A DNA stretch of 64,000 nucleotides from Ornithinimicrobium sp. (GTDB taxonomy: Bacteria > Actinomycetota > Actinomycetes > Actinomycetales > Dermatophilaceae): contig NZ_JBPCKQ010000114.1 of the NCBI RefSeq assembly GCF_051004135.1, forward strand, positions 6,636 to 70,635, read 5' to 3'. Under the pieces are notes generated by a model. It searched no databases and had not been told where the DNA came from. It was given only the letters and a program-made list of their open reading frames with translations. Below, in pieces: positions 26,253 to 37,408 of the stretch (the stretch's first letter is position 1; each line of letters begins with the position of its first letter). A program made the translations under genes and the position numbers.

Positions 26253-26842
26253 CGCTCCTGCCCCCCGAGCCGGTCCCGGAAGTCCTCGACCGCGGTGCCG
26301 AAGCCCGCCAGGTCGTCTCGGATGAAGTCCCTGACTCCGGCCGGCACGACGAGGTACTCCCCGGATGCGGACAGGGTGTCCGGCAACGGCACCAGGACGG
26401 TGGCGCTCTGGTGACCCAGCGCCGGTGCAGGGCGAATCTCATAGCCCATCACGTCGCACCTCGCGGTGCGGCCGCGGTCGACCTCGATGATCGCATCGAC
26501 CACGGTGCCCAGCTCGGTCCCCTCGTCGGTGATCACCTGGGATCCGAGCACGTCGCCACCGGAGCCACCCGCCCCGTGGGATCCGTGCAGCACGGTGTCC
26601 ACGGGCGTGAGCGCCTCGTCGTCGGTCACGATGACGGCGTCGTTGCCGAGGGCCAGCACGTTGGACCAGGGCAACGCGGTATGCAGTGGCCCGGCGAACA
26701 GGCCCCGGCCGGCCAGGGTGAAGCCGCCGACCTCGCCACCGCCGGCCCAGAACACCAGGTCCTTGACCTGGGCGATGTCCTCGCCGCCCAGCGTGACCAC
26801 TGGCCGCCCGGTCGTCTCGCTCGCCCGCATCAGCCGGCTCAA
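26249..26842 (-). CDS. Tandem PRC-barrel domain protein
   Basis: GRPVVTLGGEDIAQVKDLVF; VLGSQVITDEGTELGTVVDAII; TTG start overlaps the upstream stop (alternative ATG 26830). Confidence 0.85.
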   Translation of the reverse strand: MSRLMRASETTGRPVVTLGGEDIAQVKDLVFWAGGGEVGGFTLAGRGLFAGPLHTALPWSNVLALGNDAVIVTDDEALTPVDTVLHGSHGAGGSGGDVLGSQVITDEGTELGTVVDAIIEVDRGRTARCDVMGYEIRPAPALGHQSATVLVPLPDTLSASGEYLVVPAGVRDFIRDDLAGFGTAVEDFRDRLGGQER

Positions 26843-26988
26843 GTGGAATCACCCTCACCGCGTGGCCGGCTGCCACGCTGCTCGATGATGACCCCGCCGC
26901 GGCGTCGTCGTGACTGCACCACCAGAGCGACCAGCACCAGGATCCCGATGACGACCAGGACCACGATCAACCAGGCCCACCACTCCAT
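26839..26988 (-). CDS. Small single-pass membrane protein, 49 aa (below the ORF-track cutoff)
   Basis: RBS GGAGG; MEWWAWLIVVLVVIGILVLVALVVQSRRRRGGVIIEQRGSRPRGEGDST*. Confidence 0.8.
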   Translation of the reverse strand: MEWWAWLIVVLVVIGILVLVALVVQSRRRRGGVIIEQRGSRPRGEGDST

Positions 26989-27082
26989 CTGCTACCTCCA
27001 TCGGCACTGCGCCACGGGCAACGGCGGGGGCCGAGCCTCGGTCCACCCAGGATACGAGGTCGAGGCTGGTCAGGGCCAGGGG

Positions 27083-29146
27083 TCACCGGCCCGACAGGCG
27101 CTCCAGGCGCAGGAACTCCAGGTGCCGTTCGTACTGGTCCAGGCAGTCCTGGATGACCTGCCCACGGCTGTAGCCCATGACGTCGTAGCCCAGGCTGCCG
27201 TCGCTGGAGTGCACCTCCAGCCGGGCGTAGGTGTCGCGGTCGCGGGCCATCCGGCCGCCGTAGGCCGGCACCGGAGCCGAGTCGATCTCCACGCAGTAGC
27301 GGAACGGGTGTGGGTCGTCCGTCGAGGTCCGCAGCACCACATTGCTCGGCGGGGGACTGTCCGGCTCGGCGTCCCCACCGGGGGAGTTGCGCACCACCTC
27401 AGCCTGCACACCCCGCTCGGTGAGCTCGGTCGCCACCTCGCGCAGTGCGGGCTCCACCACCTCGTCGAGGTACTCACCGGCCCCTTCCTCGTCGACGAAG
27501 CTCAGTGCCCGGGACAGTCGGCCGCGCCAGGCCCGGGCGTCCGTGCCGTCGCCGCCGCGGGCCGAGAGCATCATCGGCAGTGCGTGCCGGCTGCTGTCGA
27601 CCCGCATGCCCTCGAGCTGGAGGGCCTTCCACAACCCGAGCATGATCAGGAACATCACGAAGGCGAACGGAAGCCCCATGATGACCGTGGCGTTCTGCAG
27701 CGCCGGCACCCCGCCGACGATCAGCATCGCGATGGTCAGCAGGCCGGTGACGACCGCCCAGACGATCCGCAGCGGTGCACCGGCGTCGTCGTGCACGGTG
27801 CGCAGGTGCGAGCTCAGGTTGGCCATGACCAGAGCACCGGAGTCGGCCGAGGTGACGTAGAACAGCAGCCCGACCAGGGTGGACAGCCCGATCAGGAATG
27901 TCGCCCCGGGGTAGGCCTGCAGCAGGGTGTAGAAGCCCTGCTGCGGCACGTTCATCGCCAGCTCGCCGAACGCGGAGTCGCCCGCGCGGATCTGCTCGAT
28001 CGCGCTGTTGCCGAAGATCGAGACCCACATCACGATGTAGCTGAACGGGATGATCATCGTGCCGAGCACGAACTGCCGGATGGTGCGGCCCCGCGAGATG
28101 CGGGCCAGGAACAGCCCCACGAACGAGGCCCAGGCGATCCACCAGGCCCAGAAGAACAGCGTCCAGCCGCTCATCCATGCGGCGGCGTCGCTGTAGGCGA
28201 AGGTCTCCATTGTCATGCCCGGGAAGGAGCGGACGAAGTCGCCGATATTCATGACCAGGGAGTTGAGCAGGAAGGACGTCTTGCCGGTCACCAGGATCCA
28301 GCCGGCCAGCGCGATCGCGAGCAGCACGTTGAGCTGGGACAGCAGGCGGATGCCCTTGTCGACCCCGGTGGTGGCCGAGATGGCGGCGATCACCACGGCC
28401 AGCACGATCAGCCCGATCTGGGCTCCGATGCTCTCCTCGATCCCGAACATCAGCTCCAGGCCGAAGTTGAGCTGCACCACGCCGATGCCCAGGCTGGTCG
28501 CCACGCCGAACACGGTGCCCAGCACGGCCGCGGTGTCGACGGCGTGCCCCAGCCCGCCGTCCATCCGCTTGCCGAAGATCGGGTACAGGGCGGAGCGGAT
28601 GGCCAGCGGGCGGTGCAACCGGTAGGCGAAGTAGCCCAGGGTGATGCCCATCAGGGCATACATCGCCCAGCCGGTGATGCCGTAGTGGAACAGCGTCCAC
28701 ACCGTCGCGTCCCGGGCGGCCTCGACGGTGCCGCCCTCGCCGACCGGTGGCGCGAGATACTGCGTCACCGGCTCGGCGACGCTGAAGAACATCAGGTCGG
28801 TGCCGATGCCGGCCGCGAACAGCATCGCGGCCCAGGAGAACATCGAGAACTCCGGGGTGGAGTGGTCCGGGCCGAGCCTGACGTGGCCGTAGCGGGACAG
28901 GCCGAGGAAGAGCACGTAGATCAGCACCAGCGTGGACAGCGCGACGTAGAACCAGCCGAACCAGGTGGTGGTCCAGCCGACCGCGCTGCCGATCACCGAG
29001 ACGGCCTGGTCGGCGGAGACCATCGCCCAGATCGCCACGACCAGCACCCCCACCACGGAGGCGGTGAAGACGACTCTGTTGACCCGGTAGACCGGAGTGT
29101 CGGGCGTGGGTGTCTCGGTGGGTGGTGCCTGCGAGGTGGTGCTCAT
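27083..29146 (-). CDS. betT: BCCT-family choline transporter with C-terminal extension
   Basis: [39 protein letters not shown]; downstream of betA. Confidence 0.92.
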   Translation of the reverse strand: MSTTSQAPPTETPTPDTPVYRVNRVVFTASVVGVLVVAIWAMVSADQAVSVIGSAVGWTTTWFGWFYVALSTLVLIYVLFLGLSRYGHVRLGPDHSTPEFSMFSWAAMLFAAGIGTDLMFFSVAEPVTQYLAPPVGEGGTVEAARDATVWTLFHYGITGWAMYALMGITLGYFAYRLHRPLAIRSALYPIFGKRMDGGLGHAVDTAAVLGTVFGVATSLGIGVVQLNFGLELMFGIEESIGAQIGLIVLAVVIAAISATTGVDKGIRLLSQLNVLLAIALAGWILVTGKTSFLLNSLVMNIGDFVRSFPGMTMETFAYSDAAAWMSGWTLFFWAWWIAWASFVGLFLARISRGRTIRQFVLGTMIIPFSYIVMWVSIFGNSAIEQIRAGDSAFGELAMNVPQQGFYTLLQAYPGATFLIGLSTLVGLLFYVTSADSGALVMANLSSHLRTVHDDAGAPLRIVWAVVTGLLTIAMLIVGGVPALQNATVIMGLPFAFVMFLIMLGLWKALQLEGMRVDSSRHALPMMLSARGGDGTDARAWRGRLSRALSFVDEEGAGEYLDEVVEPALREVATELTERGVQAEVVRNSPGGDAEPDSPPPSNVVLRTSTDDPHPFRYCVEIDSAPVPAYGGRMARDRDTYARLEVHSSDGSLGYDVMGYSRGQVIQDCLDQYERHLEFLRLERLSGR

Positions 29147-30924
29147 CGGGGGACTCCGATCTCGTGGTGCGCGGTGCGCTCTGGGGCAGGGTGGGCCCCG
29201 GCTGCGCTGGGCGGGTCGGTGGTGGCGTTCCACGCGTCGTTGCGCGGGTCCCCCGGTGGGTAGAGCGGCATACCCCTGCCGTGCAGATAGAACGGCACGT
29301 CCTCCGGCGGCAGCGGGGTGTGCCCGGCGATCAGGTCGGCCGCACGTTCGGCGACCATCATCACGGGGGCGTAGATGTTGCCGTTGGGCACGACCGGGAA
29401 GACCGAGGCGTCGACGACCCGCAGCCCCTGCACCCCGTGCACCCGCATCGTCGCGGGGTCGACCACGCTCATCGGGTCGGTGCCCATCTTCGCGCTGCAC
29501 GAGGGGTGCAGAGCGGTCTCGGCATCCTGCGCGACCCAGTCGACGATCTCCTCGTCGGTGCTGACCTGGGGTCCGGGGGACAGCTCGCCACCGCTGAAGG
29601 GGGCGAATGCCGGTTGCTCCAGGATCGTGCGCGCGGCGCGGACCATCTCGATCCACTCCTGCCGGTCGGACTCGGTGGACAGGTAGTTGAACCGGATCGC
29701 CGGGTGCTCCAACGGGTCGGTCGAACGGATCTTGACCGAGCCCCTGCAGTCGGAGAACATCGGGCCGATGTGCACCTGGTAGCCGTGCTCACTGGCGGGC
29801 TTGGTCCCGTCGTAGCGGATGGCGATCGGCAGGAAGTGGAACATCAGGTTGGGACGGCTGACCTCGTCGTTGCTGCGGACGAAGCCGCCGGCCTCGAAGT
29901 GGTTGGAGGCGCCGACCCCGCTGCGCAGGAAGAGCCACTCGGCACCGATCCGCGGCTTGTGCCGGTGCTTGAGCCAGGGGGCGATCGAGACGGGCTGGGT
30001 GCTCTCGTGCTGGATGTAGACCTCGAGGTGGTCCTGCAGGTTGGCCCCCACGCCGGGCAGGTCGACCACGGGGGCGACGCCGGCGGCGCGCAGCTCCTCG
30101 GGATCGCCGATCCCGGTCAGCTGCAGCAGCTGTGGGGAGTTGAACGCCCCACCGCACAGGATCACCTCACCGGCGGCGGCGCTGCGCCGGGCGCGGCCGG
30201 CGACGACGTAGTCGACTCCGGTCACCCGGGTGCCCTGGGTATGCAGTGAGGTCACCTGGGCCAGCGTGCGCACGTCGAGGTTGGGGCGGTTCCGGACCGG
30301 ATGCAGGTAGGCCCGCGCGGCGCTGAGCCGGCGCCCCTGGTGCACGTTGCGGTCGAACTTGGCGAAGCCCTCCTGGCGATACCCGTTGACGTCGTCGGTC
30401 AGCGGGTAGCCGGCCTGCTGGACCGCCTCGAAGAAGGCACCGAACAGCGGCGTCGTCGCCGGACCGCGCTCCAGCACGAGGGGACCGGACCCGCCGCGCC
30501 AGTCATCGGCCCCGGCCAGACAGCTCTCCATCCGCTTGAAGTAGGGCAGGCAGTGCGCGTGGTCCCAGTCCGCCATCCCCTCCTCCTGCGCCCAGCCCTG
30601 GTAGTCCATCGGGTTGCCGCGCTGGAAGATCGTCCCGTTGATGCTGCTGGAGCCGCCCAGCACCTTGCCGCGGGCGTGCACGACGCGGCGCCCGCCCATG
30701 AACGGCTCGGGCTCGGACGCGTAGCGCCAGTCGTAGAAGCGGCTGCCGATCGGGTAGGGCAGCGCCGCGGGCATGTGGATGAACGGGTCCATCCGGAAGT
30801 CGCTGTGCCCGGCCTCCAGCACCAGCACGCTCGTGCCCGCGTCGTTGGACAGCCGGTTGGCCAGGGCACACCCGGCCGAGCCCCCACCGACGATCACGTA
30901 GTCGTAGCTCGTGCGGCCTGCCAT
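29143..30924 (-). CDS. betA: Choline dehydrogenase (GMC oxidoreductase)
   Basis: [52 protein letters not shown]. Confidence 0.95.
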   Translation of the reverse strand: MAGRTSYDYVIVGGGSAGCALANRLSNDAGTSVLVLEAGHSDFRMDPFIHMPAALPYPIGSRFYDWRYASEPEPFMGGRRVVHARGKVLGGSSSINGTIFQRGNPMDYQGWAQEEGMADWDHAHCLPYFKRMESCLAGADDWRGGSGPLVLERGPATTPLFGAFFEAVQQAGYPLTDDVNGYRQEGFAKFDRNVHQGRRLSAARAYLHPVRNRPNLDVRTLAQVTSLHTQGTRVTGVDYVVAGRARRSAAAGEVILCGGAFNSPQLLQLTGIGDPEELRAAGVAPVVDLPGVGANLQDHLEVYIQHESTQPVSIAPWLKHRHKPRIGAEWLFLRSGVGASNHFEAGGFVRSNDEVSRPNLMFHFLPIAIRYDGTKPASEHGYQVHIGPMFSDCRGSVKIRSTDPLEHPAIRFNYLSTESDRQEWIEMVRAARTILEQPAFAPFSGGELSPGPQVSTDEEIVDWVAQDAETALHPSCSAKMGTDPMSVVDPATMRVHGVQGLRVVDASVFPVVPNGNIYAPVMMVAERAADLIAGHTPLPPEDVPFYLHGRGMPLYPPGDPRNDAWNATTDPPSAAGAHPAPERTAHHEIGVPR

Positions 30925-30953
30925 GGGGGCTCCTTGCCTTCGGTGCGCGGGTC

Positions 30954-32447
30954 TTAGTCGAACCAGCCGGTGCGGACCGGCCGGGTGTTGTGCCAGACGT
31001 GTTTGGTCTCGCGGTACTCCGCCAGCCCGGCCAGCCCGAGCTCGCGGCCGATGCCGGACTGCTTGAAGCCGCCCCACTCGGCCTGCGGCACGTAGGGGTG
31101 GTAGTCGTTGATCCAGATGGTGCCGTGCCGCAGTCGCGCGGCGACCCGCTCGGCGCGACCGGCGTTCTCGGTCCACACCGCGCCGGCCAGGCCGTAGATC
31201 GTGTCGTTGGCCAGGGCCACCGCGGCGTCCTCGGCCTTGTCCCGGTCGGCGCCGGAGAAGGTCTCCACGGTCAGCACCGGGCCGAACGACTCCTCCTGGA
31301 CGCACTGCATACCGGTCTCGCACCCGTCCAGCACGGTAGGAAGGTAGTAGAACCCGTCGGCGAGCTCGGGGTGTTCGGTGTCGTCGGGTCGGGTGCCTCC
31401 CGCGCGGAGCACGGCGCCCTCCTCGAGCGCGGCGGCGACGTAGGCCTCGACCTTGTCGCGGTGCCCCTCGCTGATCAGCGGGCCGGTCTGCGCGGTGTCG
31501 CTGAACGGACCGCCCAGCCGTATGCCGTCGGCCACCTTCGCGATCTGGTCGACCACCTGGTCGTGCACCGACTCCTCGACGATCAGCCGGGCGCCCGCGG
31601 AGCAGACCTGGCCGGAGTCCAGGAAGATCGCGGTCAGTGCGTTGTCGATGGCGGCGTCGAGGTCGGCGTCGGCGAAGATCACGTTGGGGTTCTTGCCGCC
31701 GAGCTCCAGGGCGACCCGCTTCACCGTGTCGGCGGCGGCTGCCATGATCCGCTTGCCGGTGGACAGGCCACCGGTGAAGGAGACCAGATCGACGTCGGGG
31801 GAGGTGGTCGGTGGGGCGCCGACGCTGGCGCCGGTGCCGAGCACGAGGTTGGCGACCCCGTCGGGCAGGCCGACGTCGGCAAGGGCCTGCATCAGCCAGA
31901 TGCTGGTCGAGGGGGTCAGCTCACTGGGCTTGAGCACGAAGGTGTTGCCGGCGGCCAGGGCCGGGGCGACCTTCCACGAGGTCTGCAGCAGCGGGAAGTT
32001 CCACGGCGTGATCAGCGCGCAGACCCCGACCGGCTCGTGGACGACCCGGCTGGCGACGCTCGGCATACCGGTGTCCACCACCCGGCCGGCGTCGGCCCCG
32101 GCCAGGTCCGCGAAGTGCCGAAAAACCGCCTCGATGTCGGCCATGTCGGTTTGGCTCTCGACCATCCGTTTGCCGGTGTCGAGGGACTCCAGCCGGGCCA
32201 CCTCGTCGGCCTCGGCCGCGAGCGTGTCAGCCAGCCGGCGCAGCAGCGCGGCCCGCTCGGGGGCGGGCGTGCTCGGCCAGGGTCCGGTGTCGAACGCGCG
32301 CCGTGCAGCCGCGACCGCGGCCTGGGCGTCCTGCTCGGTGCACTCCGGCACGGTGACGACCTCGGTGCCGTCGGCCGGGCAGCGGATCGTGCGGGTGCCG
32401 CCCTGGGCTGCCTGCCGCCACTGCCCGCCGACGAAGATGCCTGCCAT
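30954..32447 (-). CDS. betB: Betaine aldehyde dehydrogenase
   Basis: [40 protein letters not shown]; upstream of betA. Confidence 0.9.
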   Translation of the reverse strand: MAGIFVGGQWRQAAQGGTRTIRCPADGTEVVTVPECTEQDAQAAVAAARRAFDTGPWPSTPAPERAALLRRLADTLAAEADEVARLESLDTGKRMVESQTDMADIEAVFRHFADLAGADAGRVVDTGMPSVASRVVHEPVGVCALITPWNFPLLQTSWKVAPALAAGNTFVLKPSELTPSTSIWLMQALADVGLPDGVANLVLGTGASVGAPPTTSPDVDLVSFTGGLSTGKRIMAAAADTVKRVALELGGKNPNVIFADADLDAAIDNALTAIFLDSGQVCSAGARLIVEESVHDQVVDQIAKVADGIRLGGPFSDTAQTGPLISEGHRDKVEAYVAAALEEGAVLRAGGTRPDDTEHPELADGFYYLPTVLDGCETGMQCVQEESFGPVLTVETFSGADRDKAEDAAVALANDTIYGLAGAVWTENAGRAERVAARLRHGTIWINDYHPYVPQAEWGGFKQSGIGRELGLAGLAEYRETKHVWHNTRPVRTGWFD

Positions 32448-32532
32448 GAGTGGACTCTAGCGAGGTCAGCGGCCTCGTAGGTTTCGGTGCGGTATCGAGA
32501 TCGTCCGGCAACGTTGGTTCTAATCTGGTGCC

Positions 32533-33300
32533 ATGCCCTTCACCAACCCGCTGCGCGCCCGCGGTGCCCGCGGTGACTCCCTGCACGGCGTGTGGTCCTG
32601 GTCCCGAGACCCGCTGGTTCTCGAGACTCTGGCTGCATGCGGTGCGCACTACGTGTGCATCGACCTGCAGCACGGCCCCGCGGAGCTCGGCGACGTCGCG
32701 ACGCTGGCCGCGGTCGTCCAGGGCCAGGGCGCTGCGCCGATCGTGCGGGTGCCCGGGCACAACCCGGCCGTCATCGGCAAGGTTCTCGACGCCGGAGCCT
32801 TCGGCGTCGTCGTGCCGCTCGTGGACACGGCGGAGCAAGCGGCGGCCGCAGTCGCTGCTTGTCGCTATCCGCCGCACGGTCACCGCTCCTACGGTCCGTT
32901 CCGTGCTGCCACGGCATACGGATCGCTGGACGCGGGCGTGCTCGGTGACGCCTTCGTCGCCGTGATGATCGAAACCCGGTCGGGGCTCGAGCAGGTGGAG
33001 CAGATCGTCGGGACGCCGGGGCTGGATGCGATCTACGTCGGCCCGGCCGACCTCTCCCTCGCACTGGGCCTGCCCGTCGCCTTCGAGCACGAGATGGGCG
33101 AGCACGCCGAGGCCCTGGTGCGCATCCGCGAGGCGTGCGCGCGGTACGGCGTCACCGCCGGGATCCACTGCGCGGACGGCGCCATGGCCGCCCGGCGTCT
33201 GGAGCAGGGCTTTGCCATGGTGACGGTGGCCACCGATCTGGCCCTGGTCGCGCAGGGCGCGCGGGCGGAGCTGGAGTTGCTGTCCCACTTGCGCCGCTGA
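32533..33300 (+). CDS. HpcH/HpaI-family aldolase
   Basis: IDLQHG, PIVRVP, VLDAGA.GVVVP, MIET, YVGPADLS. Confidence 0.9.
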   Translation: MPFTNPLRARGARGDSLHGVWSWSRDPLVLETLAACGAHYVCIDLQHGPAELGDVATLAAVVQGQGAAPIVRVPGHNPAVIGKVLDAGAFGVVVPLVDTAEQAAAAVAACRYPPHGHRSYGPFRAATAYGSLDAGVLGDAFVAVMIETRSGLEQVEQIVGTPGLDAIYVGPADLSLALGLPVAFEHEMGEHAEALVRIREACARYGVTAGIHCADGAMAARRLEQGFAMVTVATDLALVAQGARAELELLSHLRR

Positions 33301-33417
33301 CGTGCGATCGTTCGATCAGGACAAGCATCTGCCGCTCGCTTACGATGCAAGTAGGCCGGGCCGTCACTGATGTCGGAGCCGGACCCCTTCCCACACCACA
33401 GACAGCAAAGGATCTAC

Positions 33418-33960
33418 ATGTCTGACCTCACCGTCCGCTCGATGCACGACCTGGGCCTCGCATCCTGGTTCGGCGGTTCGCTGATGGGCGCCGTCGGCCT
33501 CAACGGTGCCGCCGCGCAGGCGCGCGACCCGCAGGAGCGCACCCGGCTGTCCTCAAAGGGCTGGGCCCGCTGGGCACCCGTGCAGGCAGCGGCCATCGGG
33601 GTGCACGCCATCGGTGGCGTGGGCCTGCTCGCCACCAACCGGACCCGGGTGCAGCGCGACCCCGACTCGGCCACCAACACCCAGGTCAAGACCGCGCTGA
33701 CCATCGCCGCAGTAGGTGTCACCGCATACTCCGGTATGCAGGGTCGCAAGGTCGCGAAGCTGCAGGACGAGGGCTCCGCGGGTGCTACCGAGCCCAGCCT
33801 CGGTGCCAGCGATGAGCTGCAGAGCGCCCAGAAGAAGCTCCGGGCGCTGCAGTGGGCCATCCCGGCCGTGACGGGAGTGCTGCTGGTGCTGGCAGCCCAA
33901 CAGGGTGAGCAGCAGCGGCAGGCCCTCGGCGTCCTGGAGGCCAAGCGCCGCTGGCGCTGA
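33418..33960 (+). CDS. Conserved actinobacterial membrane protein of unknown function
   Basis: RSMHDLGLASWFGGSLMGAVGLNGAA...LQWAIPAVTG...GEQQR. Confidence 0.8.
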   Translation: MSDLTVRSMHDLGLASWFGGSLMGAVGLNGAAAQARDPQERTRLSSKGWARWAPVQAAAIGVHAIGGVGLLATNRTRVQRDPDSATNTQVKTALTIAAVGVTAYSGMQGRKVAKLQDEGSAGATEPSLGASDELQSAQKKLRALQWAIPAVTGVLLVLAAQQGEQQRQALGVLEAKRRWR

Positions 33961-33978
33961 CCCACCCCTGACGCACCG

Positions 33979-34015
33979 ACGAGCACGCCGTCCCGGCTAG
34001 GGGCGGCGTGCTCGT
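33979..34015. terminator. Hairpin between convergent genes, likely bidirectional terminator
   Basis: 12-bp perfect stem ACGAGCACGCCG/CGGCGTGCTCGT. Confidence 0.7.
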
Positions 34016-34029
34016 GCAGTGCGTGGGCC

Positions 34030-36489
34030 TCAGCCGAGCCGGCCGGTGGCCACCCGGGCGATCGGGGCCGGTGCCGGGGCGCCGGAGCCGTCCCGCTTGC
34101 CGGTGGCCTCGGGCAGGTCGAGCGCGACCCCGTTGGCGGAAGCGGCCCGGGGGGGAGCGGCACCCGCCCAGCCCAGCAGCAGGGTGTCCTCGCCGCGCAC
34201 GAACCGGTGGCACCGCACGCCGCTGGTGGCCCGGCCCTTGGCCGGGTACTCCGCATACGGCGTGACCTTGACCGACCCGGCCTCGGTGCCGGGCAGCGAC
34301 CCGGAGGAGCCTGCGACGGTGACCACCACGTTGTCCGCCGACGGCTCGACCGCGGTGAAGCCGATCACCCTGGCCCCGGTGTCGAGCTTGATGCCGGCCA
34401 TGCCGCCGCCGGCCCGGCCCTGCGGGCGCACCGCCTCGGCGGAGAACCGCAGCAGCTGGGCGTCGCTGGTCACGAAGACCAGGTCCTCGGCCCCCGTGGT
34501 CAGCTCGAGCGCACCGACCACATGGTCGCCGTCCCTGAGTGCCATGACCTCGAACGCCTCCCGGTTGCCCGGCACGTCCGGGTTGACCCGCTTGACCACC
34601 CCCTGCGCCGTCCCGAGCGCGAGCCCCGGCCCCTCGCTGGTGAGCGTGCACAAGCCGAGCGGCTGCTCTCCGCCGGGCAGGTCCACGAAGGCCGCGAGGG
34701 GTGCCCCGCCGGACAGTGACGGTGCCCCGTTGGTCGGCGGCAGCGTCGGAAGCTCCATGGCGGACAGGCGGACCACCCGGCCACCGGAGGTGAGTAGCCC
34801 GACGGCAGCTCGGGTAGTGGTGCGCACGGCGGAGACGACGACGTCGTGCTTGTGCCGGTCGTCGCCGCTGCCCAGTGGCTCGTCCGACGAGGTGCGGGCC
34901 AACAGGCCGGTCGAGGACACCAGCACCCAGCACGGGTCGTCGGCGACCTCCATGGGGGTCACCGAGGCGGTCGTCGCCGTGCGGCCGGAGCTCTCCAGCA
35001 ACACCGTGCGGCGGGGCGTGCCGTGCTCCTTGGCGACCTGGGCCAGCTCGTCGGAGACCAGAGCCCGCAGCAGGGCCGGGTCTGCCAGCAGCGCTCGCAA
35101 CCGCTCGATCTCAGCGCGCAGCTCGTCGCGCTCGGTCTCCAGCTCGATCCTGGAGAACTTGGTCAGCCGTCGCAGCTGCAGGTCCAGGATGTAGCTCGCC
35201 TGCAGCTGGGACAGGTCGAAGACCGACATCAGCCGCTCGCGAGCGGTGGCCGCGTCGTCGCTGCCGCGGATCAGCTGGATCACCTCGTCGATGTCCAGGA
35301 TCGCGATGAGCAGACCCTCGACCAGGTGCAGCCGCTCCTCGCGGCGGCGCAGCCGGTATGCCGTGCGCCGGCCCACGACGTCGGTGCGGAAGTCGACGTA
35401 GACGCTCAGCAGGGCGCGCAGCCCCAGGGTCTGCGGCTGGCCCTGCACCAGGGCGACGTTGTTGATGCCGAACGACTCCTCCATCGGGGTCAGCTTGTAG
35501 AGCAGCTCGAGGACCGCCTCGGGGTTGAAGCCGTTCTTGATCTCGACGACCAGCTGCATCCCCTTGGTGCGGTCGGTGAGGTCGTTGATGTTGGCGATGC
35601 CCTGCAGCTTCTTGGCGAGCACGAGCTGCTTGACCTTCTCGATCACCTTCTCGGGTCCGACCAGGTAAGGCAGCTCGGTCACCACGATCCCCTTGCGGCG
35701 GGGGGTGATCGACTCGATCCGTGCGGTGGCGCGCGTCTTGAACGACCCGCGACCCGCCTCATACGCCTCCCGGATGCCCTCGAGGCCCACGATGGTGCCA
35801 CCGGTGGGCAGGTCCGGGCCGGGCACGAAGCGCATCAGCGCATCCAGGTCGGCGTCCGGGTGCTCGATCAGGTGCCGGGCGGCGCCGATCACCTCGACCA
35901 GGTTGTGCGGGGCCATGTTGGTGGCCATCCCGACGGCGATGCCCGACGCGCCGTTGACCAGCAGGTTGGGGTAGGCAGCGGGCAGCACAGCGGGCTGCAT
36001 CAGCTGCTCGTCGTAGTTGGGGACGAAGTCGACCGTCTCCTCATCCAGGGACCCGGTCATCAGCAGGGCGGCCAGCGACATTCGTGCCTCGGTGTAGCGC
36101 GAGGCTGCGGGTCCGTCGTCCAGCGAACCGAAGTTGCCGTGCCCGTCGACCAACGGCAGTCGCATGGTGAACGGCTGGGCCATTCGGACCATGGCGTCAT
36201 AGATCGCACCGTCGCCGTGCGGGTGGTACTTGCCCATCACCTCACCGACCACTCGGGAGCACTTGACATGGGCCCGGTCGGGTCGCAGTCCCAGCTCGGA
36301 CATGCCGAACAGGATCCGGCGCTGCACCGGCTTGAGCCCATCGCGAGCATCCGGCAACGCGCGGGAGTAGATCACCGAGTAGGCGTACTCCAGGAAGGCA
36401 CCTGACATCTCGGACTCGACGTCGACGTCGATGATCTTCTCCTCGAAGTCACCGAGGTCGTCGGGGGCGGGGCGGGGACGGCGGGCCAT
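34030..36489 (-). CDS. parC: Type IIA DNA topoisomerase subunit A (actinobacterial Topo IV/GyrA paralogue)
   Basis: [29 protein letters not shown]...AASRYTE catalytic Tyr, C-terminal pinwheel repeats; not in a dnaA-gyrB context. Confidence 0.9.
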   Translation of the reverse strand: MARRPRPAPDDLGDFEEKIIDVDVESEMSGAFLEYAYSVIYSRALPDARDGLKPVQRRILFGMSELGLRPDRAHVKCSRVVGEVMGKYHPHGDGAIYDAMVRMAQPFTMRLPLVDGHGNFGSLDDGPAASRYTEARMSLAALLMTGSLDEETVDFVPNYDEQLMQPAVLPAAYPNLLVNGASGIAVGMATNMAPHNLVEVIGAARHLIEHPDADLDALMRFVPGPDLPTGGTIVGLEGIREAYEAGRGSFKTRATARIESITPRRKGIVVTELPYLVGPEKVIEKVKQLVLAKKLQGIANINDLTDRTKGMQLVVEIKNGFNPEAVLELLYKLTPMEESFGINNVALVQGQPQTLGLRALLSVYVDFRTDVVGRRTAYRLRRREERLHLVEGLLIAILDIDEVIQLIRGSDDAATARERLMSVFDLSQLQASYILDLQLRRLTKFSRIELETERDELRAEIERLRALLADPALLRALVSDELAQVAKEHGTPRRTVLLESSGRTATTASVTPMEVADDPCWVLVSSTGLLARTSSDEPLGSGDDRHKHDVVVSAVRTTTRAAVGLLTSGGRVVRLSAMELPTLPPTNGAPSLSGGAPLAAFVDLPGGEQPLGLCTLTSEGPGLALGTAQGVVKRVNPDVPGNREAFEVMALRDGDHVVGALELTTGAEDLVFVTSDAQLLRFSAEAVRPQGRAGGGMAGIKLDTGARVIGFTAVEPSADNVVVTVAGSSGSLPGTEAGSVKVTPYAEYPAKGRATSGVRCHRFVRGEDTLLLGWAGAAPPRAASANGVALDLPEATGKRDGSGAPAPAPIARVATGRLG

Positions 36490-36684
36490 GCGTGCGGGTG
36501 CTCCTCGGGCAGATGAGTCAGGCATGCCGATCGTATGTCGCAGATGGAGTCCCGTGGTGGCGGACGCGCGGCTGGACGAGACCAGATCGTGACACGACCG
36601 CTGCAACACAGGGGTATCAGGGAAGCCTCTACTTCAGTGATAGTTGTCCCCATGAGAGCGTCTTCTCCGAGTAAGGAGTTCACC

Positions 36685-37383
36685 ATGAGCACTGCCACCA
36701 CTCGCCGGTCGGTCGTCCTAGGAGGGTTGGGTGCCCTGGGCGCCGGGCTGGCTACGATCTCGGTCGCCGCACCGGCAGCGGCTGCGACGACATACCGCCG
36801 CGGCGACCGGGGCTCGGGCGTCGCCTCGCTCCAACAGTCGCTCGCCGCCCGCGGCTACTGGTGTGGGAGAGCCGACGGTGTCTTCGGTCATCTCACCCAA
36901 CAGGCCGTCTGGGCTCTGCAGAAGCGACACGGCCTGGTGCGTGACGCGATCGTGGGCTCCCACACGCGCTACGCCCTGGCCCACGACAGCGCGCTGGCCC
37001 CGGCGGGCGGCTCGGGCAGTCGGTTCGAGGTGCACCTGGACAAGCAGCTGGCGCTCGACGTGCGGGACGGCCGCACCTATCGCACGCTCAACACCTCGAC
37101 CGGCAACGGCGAGCCCTACCTCTACTACGGGCGTCGCTACAACGCGCACACCTACCGCGGCACCTTCTCGGTGCACAGCACCTACAGCAGCGGCTGGCAG
37201 AAGGGGCCCCTGGGCTCGCTCTACCGCCCCCTGTACTTCGACAGGGGCCGGGCGCTGCACGGCTCGACCTCGATCCCGCCCTACCCCGCCTCCCACGGCT
37301 GCTGCCGGCTGTCGACCGCGGTGACCGATCTGATCTGGAGCAGCGGAGTCCTCCGGCGGGGCTCGCGGGTGATCGTGGTCTGA
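36685..37383 (+). CDS. L,D-transpeptidase with peptidoglycan-binding domain and Tat signal (paralogue of 3969-4712)
   Basis: RBS AAGGAG; TRRSVVL, AAA cleavage site, TTYRRGD, ALHGS...SHGC. Confidence 0.9.
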   Translation: MSTATTRRSVVLGGLGALGAGLATISVAAPAAAATTYRRGDRGSGVASLQQSLAARGYWCGRADGVFGHLTQQAVWALQKRHGLVRDAIVGSHTRYALAHDSALAPAGGSGSRFEVHLDKQLALDVRDGRTYRTLNTSTGNGEPYLYYGRRYNAHTYRGTFSVHSTYSSGWQKGPLGSLYRPLYFDRGRALHGSTSIPPYPASHGCCRLSTAVTDLIWSSGVLRRGSRVIVV

Positions 37384-37408
37384 CGCCGACCAACTGACGA
37401 TCTACGGT

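Noticed and set aside
36490-36684. Search for a c-di-AMP (ydaO) riboswitch upstream of the L,D-transpeptidase and CWB2 genes
   Set aside because: No ydaO consensus segments found by eye
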